64,000 bases of DNA from Oscillospiraceae bacterium (lineage in GTDB: Bacteria > Bacillota > Clostridia > Oscillospirales > Ruminococcaceae): NCBI GenBank assembly GCA_045642925.1, contig JAZUJW010000034.1, positions 1-64,000 on the forward strand, given 5' to 3'. The notes below the pieces were generated by a model that made no database searches, was not told the DNA's origin, and saw only the letters and a list, made by a program, of their open reading frames with translations. Position numbers and translations under genes: made by a program. Shown here piece by piece: positions 9,441 to 17,611 of the stretch. The number at the start of each line of letters is the position of its first letter. The first letter of the stretch is position 1.

Positions 9441-9962
9441 TTATGCTTCGTTCGTGATGTTCGCAGCCTTGTCTTTGAGCTGTGCCTGATGCAGTTCGTT
9501 CATGACACGCTGATAGAGGTTCATGAGAAGGCGCTGCTTGGGATCGGTGTTGGCAGAGGTTGCCAGCATTTCCAGCTTGTAAACGCCCTTAGTGGTCAGA
9601 ATGTACACGAAGTGATTTCTGCCGGCAGGCATTGCGAAGGAATCTGCACGCTTCGCATCTTCGAGGTAGTTTGCAGCGTTGTTCACGAAAATACGGGTTG
9701 CCTGTACAACACCGGGATAACGCTGTGCGGCACCGGAATAGTCACCGCCATTGCTGAAATAAAGGTTCGCTGCGCCATTGATGTAGCAAGCCATTGTGGT
9801 AATGAAGTTCGGCGCCATGGGCATATCAACAATGACACCATAAACGGTGCTCTTGGTCATAAACTGTGTGAAGTTGGAGGGAGAAATGCGAAGCGCCTGA
9901 TTTCTTGTTACGAGATACTGTTTCGCCACAGGAGCGCGGCTGATGGGTGCAGAATTTGCCAT
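9441..9962 (-). CDS. Hypothetical protein (173 aa, soluble, no recognised domain), probably co-transcribed with trpS
   Basis: Good RBS (aaggaag) and only a 24-bp gap to trpS. No family recognised. Confidence 0.5.
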   Translation of the reverse strand: MANSAPISRAPVAKQYLVTRNQALRISPSNFTQFMTKSTVYGVIVDMPMAPNFITTMACYINGAANLYFSNGGDYSGAAQRYPGVVQATRIFVNNAANYLEDAKRADSFAMPAGRNHFVYILTTKGVYKLEMLATSANTDPKQRLLMNLYQRVMNELHQAQLKDKAANITNEA

Positions 9963-10136
9963 GTGAATAATCTTCCTTTCTGTTCACAGATTTGCCTATA
10001 CATTTGTTTCGTGGGCATCTGTGTGTATCTGTGTGTATGCACTTCGTTATTATAACACATACTTTCGAAATTTGCAACATATTTTTGAGTATTCGCGGCA
10101 TTTTTTTGATTTTTCAGTTTTTTGGGAGGTTGCGGC

Positions 10137-11669
10137 ATGAAAAAACGGCAGTCCATACTGGGCGGTTCTCTGCTTCTGATGGCATCGGCGGCGGCGGCAA
10201 AACTGCTTGGAGCAATGTTCCGCATTCCGCTGACGGCAATGCTCGGCGGGGAAGGAATGGGATATTTTTCCAGTGCATACGGGCTTTTTCTCCCCATATT
10301 CTCTCTTGCGGTAACAGGCATGAATACTGCGCTCGCGGCAATGACCGCACGATTGCTTTCAGCGGCACGTTTCGGCGATGCAGTCCGACTGCGCAGGAGC
10401 GCTCTGCGATGGTTCGGGGCAATCGGACTTTGCGGCGGCGGCTTGTTATATCTTTTCTCCGAACCAATTTGCAGATATGTACTGCACAATGCAGGTGCGG
10501 TAACGGCAGTGCGGTGCTTTGCCCCTGCAATTTTCTTCTGCTGCATCAATGCGGGGCTGCGTGGTGCGCACGAGGGACAGCAAAATATGCTGCCGACGGC
10601 AGTTTCACAAATGACAGAGGGCATTGCGCGGCTGGTTTGCGGGCTATGGTTCTGCGGATATGTACTGCGGCATTCCGAGACACTCTGTACGGCGCTGGGG
10701 GCATCGACTGCGCAGGCAGCGGCGGCTGCTGCCATTCTGGGCGTGACGTGTTCGGTGGCAGTCGGCACAGGAACACTGCTGTGCTTCCCTTTGCCGCATG
10801 CAAACGGCACAAAAGAGCATACTTCCTCTGCACATTTGCTGCGGGCACTTTTACGGCTTCTGATACCCGTTTCGGCAACGGCGCTGGTCACGAACCTTAC
10901 CTCGGTCATTGACCTTGTGACAGGAATGCGTGGACTGGCGCAATTTTCGGATACTGCGCGAGCAAATTTCCTATATGGCGCATTTTCGGGGCTGGCGGTG
11001 ACGGTCTTCGGGCTGGTGCCGTCCGTGACCAATATGCTTGGAAAAGGCGCATTACCGGCGTTTTCAGAAGCATATACGCGGCAGGATAAAAAAGCGATGA
11101 AACAGCATTTGTGGGAAGCGCTGTATCCGACGGCATTGCTTGCGGTTCCTGCGGGACTGGGCATGGCGGCGATGCCTGCGCCGATTTTGATGCTGTTATT
11201 TTCGAGCCGCATGGAGGAAGTGAGCGTGGCGGCGGCACCGCTGGCGATACTGGGGATTGCGGTGATACCGCTGGCGCTGTCGTTTCCGCTGATGAGTATG
11301 CTGCAAGCGGCAGATGCGGCGGGAAGTACGGCAGTGGGGATGTTGTTGGGGGCTGGTGTGAAGCTGGTAAGCAATCTGGTACTGATACCGCGCATGGGGC
11401 TGTGTGGGATGGCGGTATCGACATTGATTTGCGATGGAATTGTGATGGGATACTATATGATTGCGGTGAAGCGCAAAATCGGGATAAAAGTGCGGATGAG
11501 GCGCATTTGCGGTATACCGATGTTGATGGGCGGGCTGTGTGCGATGGGGGCGCGGCTGACGTATATCAAGGTACATAGTACAATTGTTGCAATCATGGTA
11601 GGCGTACTGATATATTTTGCAGGTATTGTGAGTACACGCTCAACAGGAATCAAAAGGTTCTTTTATTGA
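10137..11669 (+). CDS. MOP-superfamily oligosaccharide flippase (polysaccharide biosynthesis protein, SpoVB/MurJ-like)
   Basis: About 14-TM protein with a typical N-terminus (LLGAMFRIPLTAMLGGEGMGYFSSAYGLF). The start was moved to ATG 10137 behind the RBS gggagg, because the ORF-track start at 10122 is TTG. Confidence 0.75.
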   Translation: MKKRQSILGGSLLLMASAAAAKLLGAMFRIPLTAMLGGEGMGYFSSAYGLFLPIFSLAVTGMNTALAAMTARLLSAARFGDAVRLRRSALRWFGAIGLCGGGLLYLFSEPICRYVLHNAGAVTAVRCFAPAIFFCCINAGLRGAHEGQQNMLPTAVSQMTEGIARLVCGLWFCGYVLRHSETLCTALGASTAQAAAAAAILGVTCSVAVGTGTLLCFPLPHANGTKEHTSSAHLLRALLRLLIPVSATALVTNLTSVIDLVTGMRGLAQFSDTARANFLYGAFSGLAVTVFGLVPSVTNMLGKGALPAFSEAYTRQDKKAMKQHLWEALYPTALLAVPAGLGMAAMPAPILMLLFSSRMEEVSVAAAPLAILGIAVIPLALSFPLMSMLQAADAAGSTAVGMLLGAGVKLVSNLVLIPRMGLCGMAVSTLICDGIVMGYYMIAVKRKIGIKVRMRRICGIPMLMGGLCAMGARLTYIKVHSTIVAIMVGVLIYFAGIVSTRSTGIKRFFY

Positions 11670-11950
11670 GGAGTCCAGGGGCAGCGCCCTTGGACGCCAA
11701 CAGACTGCAAGCAGTCTGCACCGCAGAGCGCGAAACTCCCTTTTCGTCCTATCTAATCAGGAAGGGGTTTCCCCTCGTGTCGTACCTAACATAAATAAAG
11801 AGAGGCAAGAGAACGGTTTAAACCATATCTCTTGCCACTTTGACTTTATAACGGGAACTGCATGGGGGAACCCCTCCTGATTCGTTGCAAGGAAACAGGG
11901 GTGTTTCGCGCTTCGCGTGCATAGCCGTCTTTGTTAGGTGGCTATTTATT
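11670..11950. repeat. Copy B of the repeat family: full-length MITE-like element of about 280 bp. Its terminal inverted repeats are ttcgtcct(a)tctaatcaggaagggg ... cccctcctgattcgttgcaaggaaac. Internal hairpins are cagactg-caag-cagtctg and ggcaagaga...tctcttgcc.
   Basis: Direct reading. It is about 85% identical to copy E (54339-54660) and lies between convergent genes. Confidence 0.8.
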
Positions 11951-11967
11951 GAGAAGCCCGGAAAAAA

Positions 11968-12687
11968 TTAATTCTCTCCGGATTCTTCATGCTGAACCGC
12001 AGCAATTTCATTCTGTTTCTTGGATGGATGTAGCCGCGACCACAATATAATGATCGCTTGCGCGGGTATCCCAATGTAAAATATCTTCCAGATATTGTAT
12101 GGCAAAAATGTAATGTACAATGATAACAAAACCGACCACACCAATATGGATATAATCACATAGTTCCACCTGCGATTAAACCATATCGAATTGAACACCA
12201 GCCATATCACTGCCGTCACCGGCAGCGCATACAAAAACGTCAACGGGGTATACTGCATATCAGGCGCAAAAATATCCAGTCCCACAAAACACGATGTCGC
12301 AATCAACCATATCAGCATCGCCGCTAAGCCCGCAATAATCGCTCGTGTCCGCTGTGATGCCTTCGCCTTCATCGGCTGCACCACATCCTCCATTGGCACT
12401 TCTTCCATCTGCAATCCTGCGTCCTCTACAGCAGCCTCCGCTGCCCCGTCTTCAGCAGCCCTCGCTTCACGCTCCTCTGCCGTCATCACCAAATCATCCA
12501 GTGATACATGATATAAGTCAGCAATTTTTTTTAACACAAAAATGTCGGGAAGCGACTCGCCCCTCTCCCATTTTGATACAGCTTTGTCCGAATAATGCAG
12601 CAGTTCAGCAAGCTGGAGCTGCGTATATTGATTCTCTTTTCGCAGTGCGGTCAGATTTTGAGCAACTGTTTTCTTAAATTGCTCCAC
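11968..12687 (-). CDS. XRE-family HTH transcriptional regulator with a C-terminal multi-pass membrane domain
   Basis: N-terminal HTH_XRE (QLAELLHYSDKAVSKWERGESLPDIFVLKKIADLYHVSLDDL), then a linker and 4-5 TM helices. The ORF track starts at GTG 12696, and GTG 12687 has better RBS spacing. Confidence 0.7.
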   Translation of the reverse strand: MEQFKKTVAQNLTALRKENQYTQLQLAELLHYSDKAVSKWERGESLPDIFVLKKIADLYHVSLDDLVMTAEEREARAAEDGAAEAAVEDAGLQMEEVPMEDVVQPMKAKASQRTRAIIAGLAAMLIWLIATSCFVGLDIFAPDMQYTPLTFLYALPVTAVIWLVFNSIWFNRRWNYVIISILVWSVLLSLYITFLPYNIWKIFYIGIPAQAIIILWSRLHPSKKQNEIAAVQHEESGEN

Positions 12688-12907
12688 TCGCCTCACTTCC
12701 TTTCTGTCTGTAACCTATTATAACACAAATCTCAAAAGAATGCAAGTACGAAATAAAAAATACTCTACCATGAGTAGAACTGTGTTTTTTGCAGTTCTAC
12801 TTCAACGATTCCAGCAGTTTCCTATAGAATCACAGAAGTATCGTGACAATGAATCCCGATTGCGTTACAATATTAATGCACAAGATTTTTGAAAGGAGTA
12901 TTGATAT

Positions 12908-13771
12908 ATGCACGAGAACTATGTGATTGTGACAGACAGCGCTTGTGACCTTTCGGAGGAAATGCTCGGACATATGGAAATCCCATTTGTATCGTTAAAT
13001 GTATTCATGAAGGATAATCCTGCATTCCCATGCAATCTGCGTGGGGCAGCATTCTATCAAGCGCTCCAAAGCGGGCAGGTCGCCTGCACTTCTGCGGCGA
13101 ATCTCTCATTGTTCCGCGACACCTTCACAAAAATTCTGAAACAGGGCAAAGATATTCTTTATCTTTCGTTTTCCTCGGCGCTCAGTTGTATGTGCGCGAC
13201 CGGAAGAATTGCGGCAGAAGAACTGATGGAAGAATTTCCGGAACGAAAAATTGTAGTAGTGGACTCTTTGAGTGCCAGTCACGGGCAGGGATTGCTGGTT
13301 TACTATGCTGCGCAGGAGAAGGCACACGGCATGAGGCTGGAGGAATTGGCAGCGTATCTGGAACAGCAGCGTCAGCGGACGATTCACTGGTTTACGGTAG
13401 ATGATTTGATGTATTTGCGGCGTGGCGGCAGAGTGAGCATGGCATCTGCAATGGCGGGGACGCTGCTGGGTATCAAGCCTGTAATGCATATGAATGCGGA
13501 AGGAAAGCTTGCGGTATGCAGTAAGGTACGTGGCAGAAGGGCGGCGATTCAGACGCTTGCCAAGCATTTTCATGAAGAATGTGAAGATGTAAATGCGCCT
13601 GTATATATTGGTCATGCGAATGCGCTTGCGGATGCAGAGATGCTGCGAGATATGATCCGGAATGAGAGTGGCGCAAAGCTGATAACGATTGGAGAAATTG
13701 GCGGTGTCATAGGGGCGCACACGGGGCCGGGGGCATTGTCGGTATTTTTCGTAGGAAAATCGCGCACATAA
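12908..13771 (+). CDS. DegV-family fatty-acid-binding protein
   Basis: 287 aa with a DegV signature N-terminus (YVIVTDSACDLSEEMLGHMEIPFVSLNV). The RBS aaaggag is present. Confidence 0.85.
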   Translation: MHENYVIVTDSACDLSEEMLGHMEIPFVSLNVFMKDNPAFPCNLRGAAFYQALQSGQVACTSAANLSLFRDTFTKILKQGKDILYLSFSSALSCMCATGRIAAEELMEEFPERKIVVVDSLSASHGQGLLVYYAAQEKAHGMRLEELAAYLEQQRQRTIHWFTVDDLMYLRRGGRVSMASAMAGTLLGIKPVMHMNAEGKLAVCSKVRGRRAAIQTLAKHFHEECEDVNAPVYIGHANALADAEMLRDMIRNESGAKLITIGEIGGVIGAHTGPGALSVFFVGKSRT

Positions 13772-13775
13772 TTAA

Positions 13776-13990
13776 AATGGCTACACCCGCGAAGCGAAAT
13801 GAAAGTTTTGCGGGGGCTTTTTCAAAAGCTTGCGAAGTCCAGAGACAGCGCCCCTGGTCGCCGACCGCAGTCGGCGAAACACCCTTTTTCGTCCTAACTA
13901 ATCAGGAGGGGGTATTTCGCGCTCTGCGGAGCGCGACCAGAGGCGCTGCCCCTGGACTCTGTGATTTTTTGAAAAAAATCGAGTAAAACT
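13776..13990. repeat. Copy D of the repeat family: the same 16-bp outer stem and two inner hairpins as copy A, flanked by cgcgaagcgaaatgaaagtttt (left) and aaaaaaatcgagtaaaactttt (right)
   Basis: Direct reading. It lies between the convergent degV and dockerin genes. Confidence 0.8.
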
Positions 13991-13991
13991 T

Positions 13992-15782
13992 TTACTTCTT
14001 GTCAGGCTGCAAAAGCTGTGTCTTCGATGTGCCGTTCTTCGCAACCGTATCCAGCTCAGCATCATGTACACTGTAATTTCCTGCAAAAATAACCAGCGTA
14101 CCTGCACGAAATGCCTCAATATCAGAATCACACAGAAATACACTTCTGTTTCGTGCCGTGTTATTATCCAGAAACAGCTTAACTTTATGCTCTGCATCCG
14201 TATCAAAAACGCCCTCATCCGTGCCAAGCATCAATGCCGAATAGGATGTCGGTATGTCTATGTGAATCAAACTCGTACAACCATAAAATGCACCGTCACC
14301 AATCGTGTTCAAACTGCAATTGCCGCTTTGCCGTGACTTCACTTCCATATATTTCATCGCAGAACATCCCTCAAAAGCATATTCTCCAATCGAAATAATA
14401 CTGTACGGCAAAACAATATCATCCACCACTGCATTGTATGCAAAAGCGGATACTCCAATTTGTTCCAGTACCTTGCAGCTGCTGAAATCAAAACAGTCTA
14501 CTGAACAACCGAAAAATGCATAATCTCCAATCGTTCGCAGCAACGGATCTTTTCCGCTGATTTTCAGAGAAGTGAGCGAACCATGCAGAAACGCATTGCT
14601 GTTGATCGTCTGCACCGTGTCAGGAATGGTCAGAACCTCTAAACCGCGCGTAAACCAACCATCACCATCAGGCGCACCAATAGCCGTCACAAGATATTCG
14701 CAGTTTCTCTCCTCCGAATATACGACAGACGGAATTTCATATTCGGTGACTTCAGAATCCGCCATACCAATGAATGCAGCGGTCTTTCCATCTACACACA
14801 AATAATATGCGCCATTTTCGTCAACAAAGCAATCTTCCGGCATCGTATGCCAACGACATGGCAAATCTTCCGAGGATGTGACAATCGGCATATCATCGGT
14901 CTTGGTCTTCGCAAGAAAACGAATGGCATTGTAGTCATCCATGTCAACAAAACCACTGCCGTCTACGTCATAGGGCGTGTTGCCGATATCACCGATGGCT
15001 GTGCCCTCCTGCCGCATGGTTTCCTCAAAAATCACAACATCCGATTCTGTGATGACACCATCAAGGTCAAGGTCGCCGACCAGCGCCGGACGGTCAAAAT
15101 AGTCTGCATTTTGTTGTAAATATTCTGTGGTTACGACATTGCCGCAGTAGGATACTGCATCCCAATCGACACCGCAAAAACCATCTGCGTTGCACTGCGC
15201 AAAAATAATATCATCACCGATAACATCGGTAATGAAAATGCTGTGCAGACCGCCGAATAATCTGACGACATCGCCCGCTTTCGGTTCGTATGGCAGACAT
15301 CTGCCGTCTGAGAGGGTATACGAACCTTCTTCGAGTGCATAACGGATAAATACATCTGTCCTGAACATATCCGATGCGAGTTGGTAAGCAAAGCCGATAC
15401 ATTGTCCATAAGTAGTGCGGGATTCATCTTGCATATCATTGACCAGTTCGTAGGCAGTATTATAATAGTTGCACTGTGGTAAAACGTATGTGCAGTAATC
15501 AATACCGTCTGTATCGTGTTGGCAAGGAGTCAAGGTGCAGCAATCTGGGTTATGACCGTTCCAATAGCACTGATTGCCGTCGATGGATTCAGGGAGTTTT
15601 CCCTGTTCCGCGGCGAGCATCGACTGCCAATTGGTCTGGATTTCGCTTAAGGAGTCCGCAGCAGCATTGAGGGAAATGGAGTCGGACTCATTTCGCGTCA
15701 GAAGGCTGATGGCGGTTGATACAGTGCCAGCCACTACCGCAAGTGACAGAACTGCACAAGCAACCTTTCGAAAATTTTTCAT
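13992..15782 (-). CDS. Secreted cellulosomal protein with an N-terminal CHAP-like cysteine-peptidase/amidase domain (Cys-His-Asn retained), a central type-I dockerin and C-terminal BspA-type LRRs
   Basis: Signal peptide plus the motifs NQCYWNG and GDVVRLFGGLHSIFITDV...AQCNADG, which resemble the CHAP consensus. The dockerin (GDLDLDGVITESDVVIF / YDVDGSGFVDMDDYNAIRF) lies at about 14900-15080, followed by LRRs. It is a paralogue of 4745-6505. The RBS gggagat is present. Confidence 0.7.
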   Translation of the reverse strand: MKNFRKVACAVLSLAVVAGTVSTAISLLTRNESDSISLNAAADSLSEIQTNWQSMLAAEQGKLPESIDGNQCYWNGHNPDCCTLTPCQHDTDGIDYCTYVLPQCNYYNTAYELVNDMQDESRTTYGQCIGFAYQLASDMFRTDVFIRYALEEGSYTLSDGRCLPYEPKAGDVVRLFGGLHSIFITDVIGDDIIFAQCNADGFCGVDWDAVSYCGNVVTTEYLQQNADYFDRPALVGDLDLDGVITESDVVIFEETMRQEGTAIGDIGNTPYDVDGSGFVDMDDYNAIRFLAKTKTDDMPIVTSSEDLPCRWHTMPEDCFVDENGAYYLCVDGKTAAFIGMADSEVTEYEIPSVVYSEERNCEYLVTAIGAPDGDGWFTRGLEVLTIPDTVQTINSNAFLHGSLTSLKISGKDPLLRTIGDYAFFGCSVDCFDFSSCKVLEQIGVSAFAYNAVVDDIVLPYSIISIGEYAFEGCSAMKYMEVKSRQSGNCSLNTIGDGAFYGCTSLIHIDIPTSYSALMLGTDEGVFDTDAEHKVKLFLDNNTARNRSVFLCDSDIEAFRAGTLVIFAGNYSVHDAELDTVAKNGTSKTQLLQPDKK

Positions 15783-15828
15783 AATGGCAGAAATCTCCCG
15801 AAATAGATAAATTTATGGGACTACCTGT

Positions 15829-15857
15829 ATTATATACAAGAAAATATAGGTTGTCAA
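15829..15857 (-). promoter_or_regulatory. Consensus sigma-A promoter (TTGACA-17-TATAAT on the minus strand) for the 13992-15782 gene
   Basis: The reverse complement of 15829-15857 is ttgacaacctatattttcttgtatataat. Confidence 0.7.
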
Positions 15858-16086
15858 GGATTTTTCTATGCTTTTGGTAATGATACATTAATCTGTCTTA
15901 AATTCATGATTATTATACAGCAATAGAAACAATGAACCAGTAAAAAAACCTCCCCCAGATTCATAGTAAATCGTGGGAGAGAAGCCGAATATTTGTTGTA
16001 GTCTCCAATTATGCGTACTATTTTATCTTGTACGAAAAAAGGAATCGCCGAGAGGCTTGCATTTTGGCAGGGAGTATGATATACTG

Positions 16087-16596
16087 TTATTGTCCTTCTG
16101 CAACCTGCACAGCAGGCACACGGTGCTTACGGCGGCGAACAGAAAGGAAAATCAACAAGAAAATACCGCCTGCGGAACCTGCAATCAACAAAATGCCCAT
16201 CGGCAGCAGCTCGTCTGTGTTGCCGAAGTCTACAACGCGCTGGTCTATATGTTCAGGGTCGCAATACATGGTGACGGTGCTTCCGACTTGAAGCTGCCGC
16301 CGCAAAGCAGTTGCGCAGGTCGTACCAATTTCCTGTTTCATTTGCGGATCACAGTCTGCGGATGGTTCCAGCGTGACCACACACCAAAGCGGGTTATTCT
16401 CCACCGGCTCCATGTCGGTAATGGTAACGGAAACCGTGGTATAATATGCTTTTGCTTCCTGAAGTCCTGTTTCTATCATGGCACGAAGCCAAAGCAGCAG
16501 ACAGCCGTAAAGCAAAGTAAGTATCAGCAGAAGAAACAGCAGGATTTTTCCGAAACGCAAACCGATTTGCTTCATTTTTTCTTTGACAGAACGCAT
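16087..16596 (-). CDS. Small membrane protein (two TM helices flanking a soluble domain, DUF3592-like topology)
   Basis: The RBS aggagaa lies upstream of ATG 16596. The ORF-track start at 16725 lacks an RBS. Confidence 0.45.
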   Translation of the reverse strand: MRSVKEKMKQIGLRFGKILLFLLLILTLLYGCLLLWLRAMIETGLQEAKAYYTTVSVTITDMEPVENNPLWCVVTLEPSADCDPQMKQEIGTTCATALRRQLQVGSTVTMYCDPEHIDQRVVDFGNTDELLPMGILLIAGSAGGIFLLIFLSVRRRKHRVPAVQVAEGQ

Positions 16597-16730
16597 GAAA
16601 TTCTCCTGTTTTGATAGATTTTCCGCAGTATTCTGCGGGGATGATAGAATGATTATAACATATAAAAGCAAATTTGACAAGCCGTTCCGAGAAAAACGTG
16701 CTGAAAAGACATAGAAAAGGAGCACTGCAC

Positions 16731-17147
16731 ATGAAAAAAAGCGTATTTTGTGCCGTTTTGATTAGCGGCTGCCTGTTGATGGGATGCAATGAATCATCTT
16801 CGGTTCCGCAGGAGATGCAGTACATCAAGACGAGCGTATTCTATGACACGGTAATGGATATGTACAATAACCCCGACAATTATCTTGGCGGGAAATATCA
16901 TATGGTTGGAGAATTGACTTCTGTAACGGATGATAGTGGGGCAACATATTATTCGGTATGCGGAAACAGTCCGACAGACCGTGATGAACGAATTGGAATT
17001 GAATTGAAATACGATGATTTTTCAAATGTTTCGGTTGGAGATACGATCACGGTTGAGGGAACACTCGATACGGAGAAAGCAGAAGTCGAAGGCGAAGAAC
17101 ACGAACTCCTGATTTTGCGTGTAACGCTTTTGGAAAAGCGTGCATGA
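16731..17147 (+). CDS. Hypothetical lipoprotein
   Basis: Signal peptide with a lipobox (LLMGC). The RBS aaaaggag lies upstream of ATG 16731. Confidence 0.55.
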   Translation: MKKSVFCAVLISGCLLMGCNESSSVPQEMQYIKTSVFYDTVMDMYNNPDNYLGGKYHMVGELTSVTDDSGATYYSVCGNSPTDRDERIGIELKYDDFSNVSVGDTITVEGTLDTEKAEVEGEEHELLILRVTLLEKRA

Positions 17148-17177
17148 AAAATGTTCTGTGCACAATCATAAAAAAAT

Positions 17178-17240
17178 GAGGCAAGAGGATGGCATGATGC
17201 ATTCCTCTTGCCTCACTTTCGTTTTCGCAGGTTTTTTTCC
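17178..17240 (+). terminator. Rho-independent terminator with a perfect 12-bp stem (gaggcaagagga ... tcctcttgcctc) followed by a T-rich tract
   Basis: Direct reading. The stem sequence is related to the ggcaagaga/tctcttgcc hairpin module of the repeat family. Confidence 0.7.
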
Positions 17241-17611
17241 GTGATTTTTCCTTCTGCATATGTTATACTCTCTATTGTAAGGACGAACTGCTTTTCGTGG
17301 CTTCAGCACAACGGTGCGTAAGGTGATGATGAGTCATTCTGCAACGCATTCCGACGCCCTTACAAATCTTATGCATCACTTTGCATAGACACTTTATAGA
17401 ATGAAAATCAGATCCTGCGCAGATGTGCATCGCAATCCCAACCGCACAGCTGCATAGTTTGCAGACCTTGTCTGTCATCGGATTTCGTACAGTTAATCTG
17501 CTGCCAAGCCTCCGTGCTCCGCACTGAAGCGCTGTACTCAAGATGCACAGCCGTCTGCTTATGAAAGGATCATGACTCGTCAATCCGCCATCCGAATAGG
17601 GAGGTTTACAT

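Noticed and set aside
8559-10055. 498-aa ORF (+) and the 9908-11395 495-aa ORF (-)
   Set aside because: These are antisense shadows of trpS, the 173-aa gene and the flippase gene. Both are Cys/Arg/Ala-rich with no RBS.
9963-10120. Possible T-box leader for trpS
   Set aside because: The region is only about 160 nt and lacks the T-box consensus AATTAGGGTGGTACCGCG and a specifier-loop architecture.
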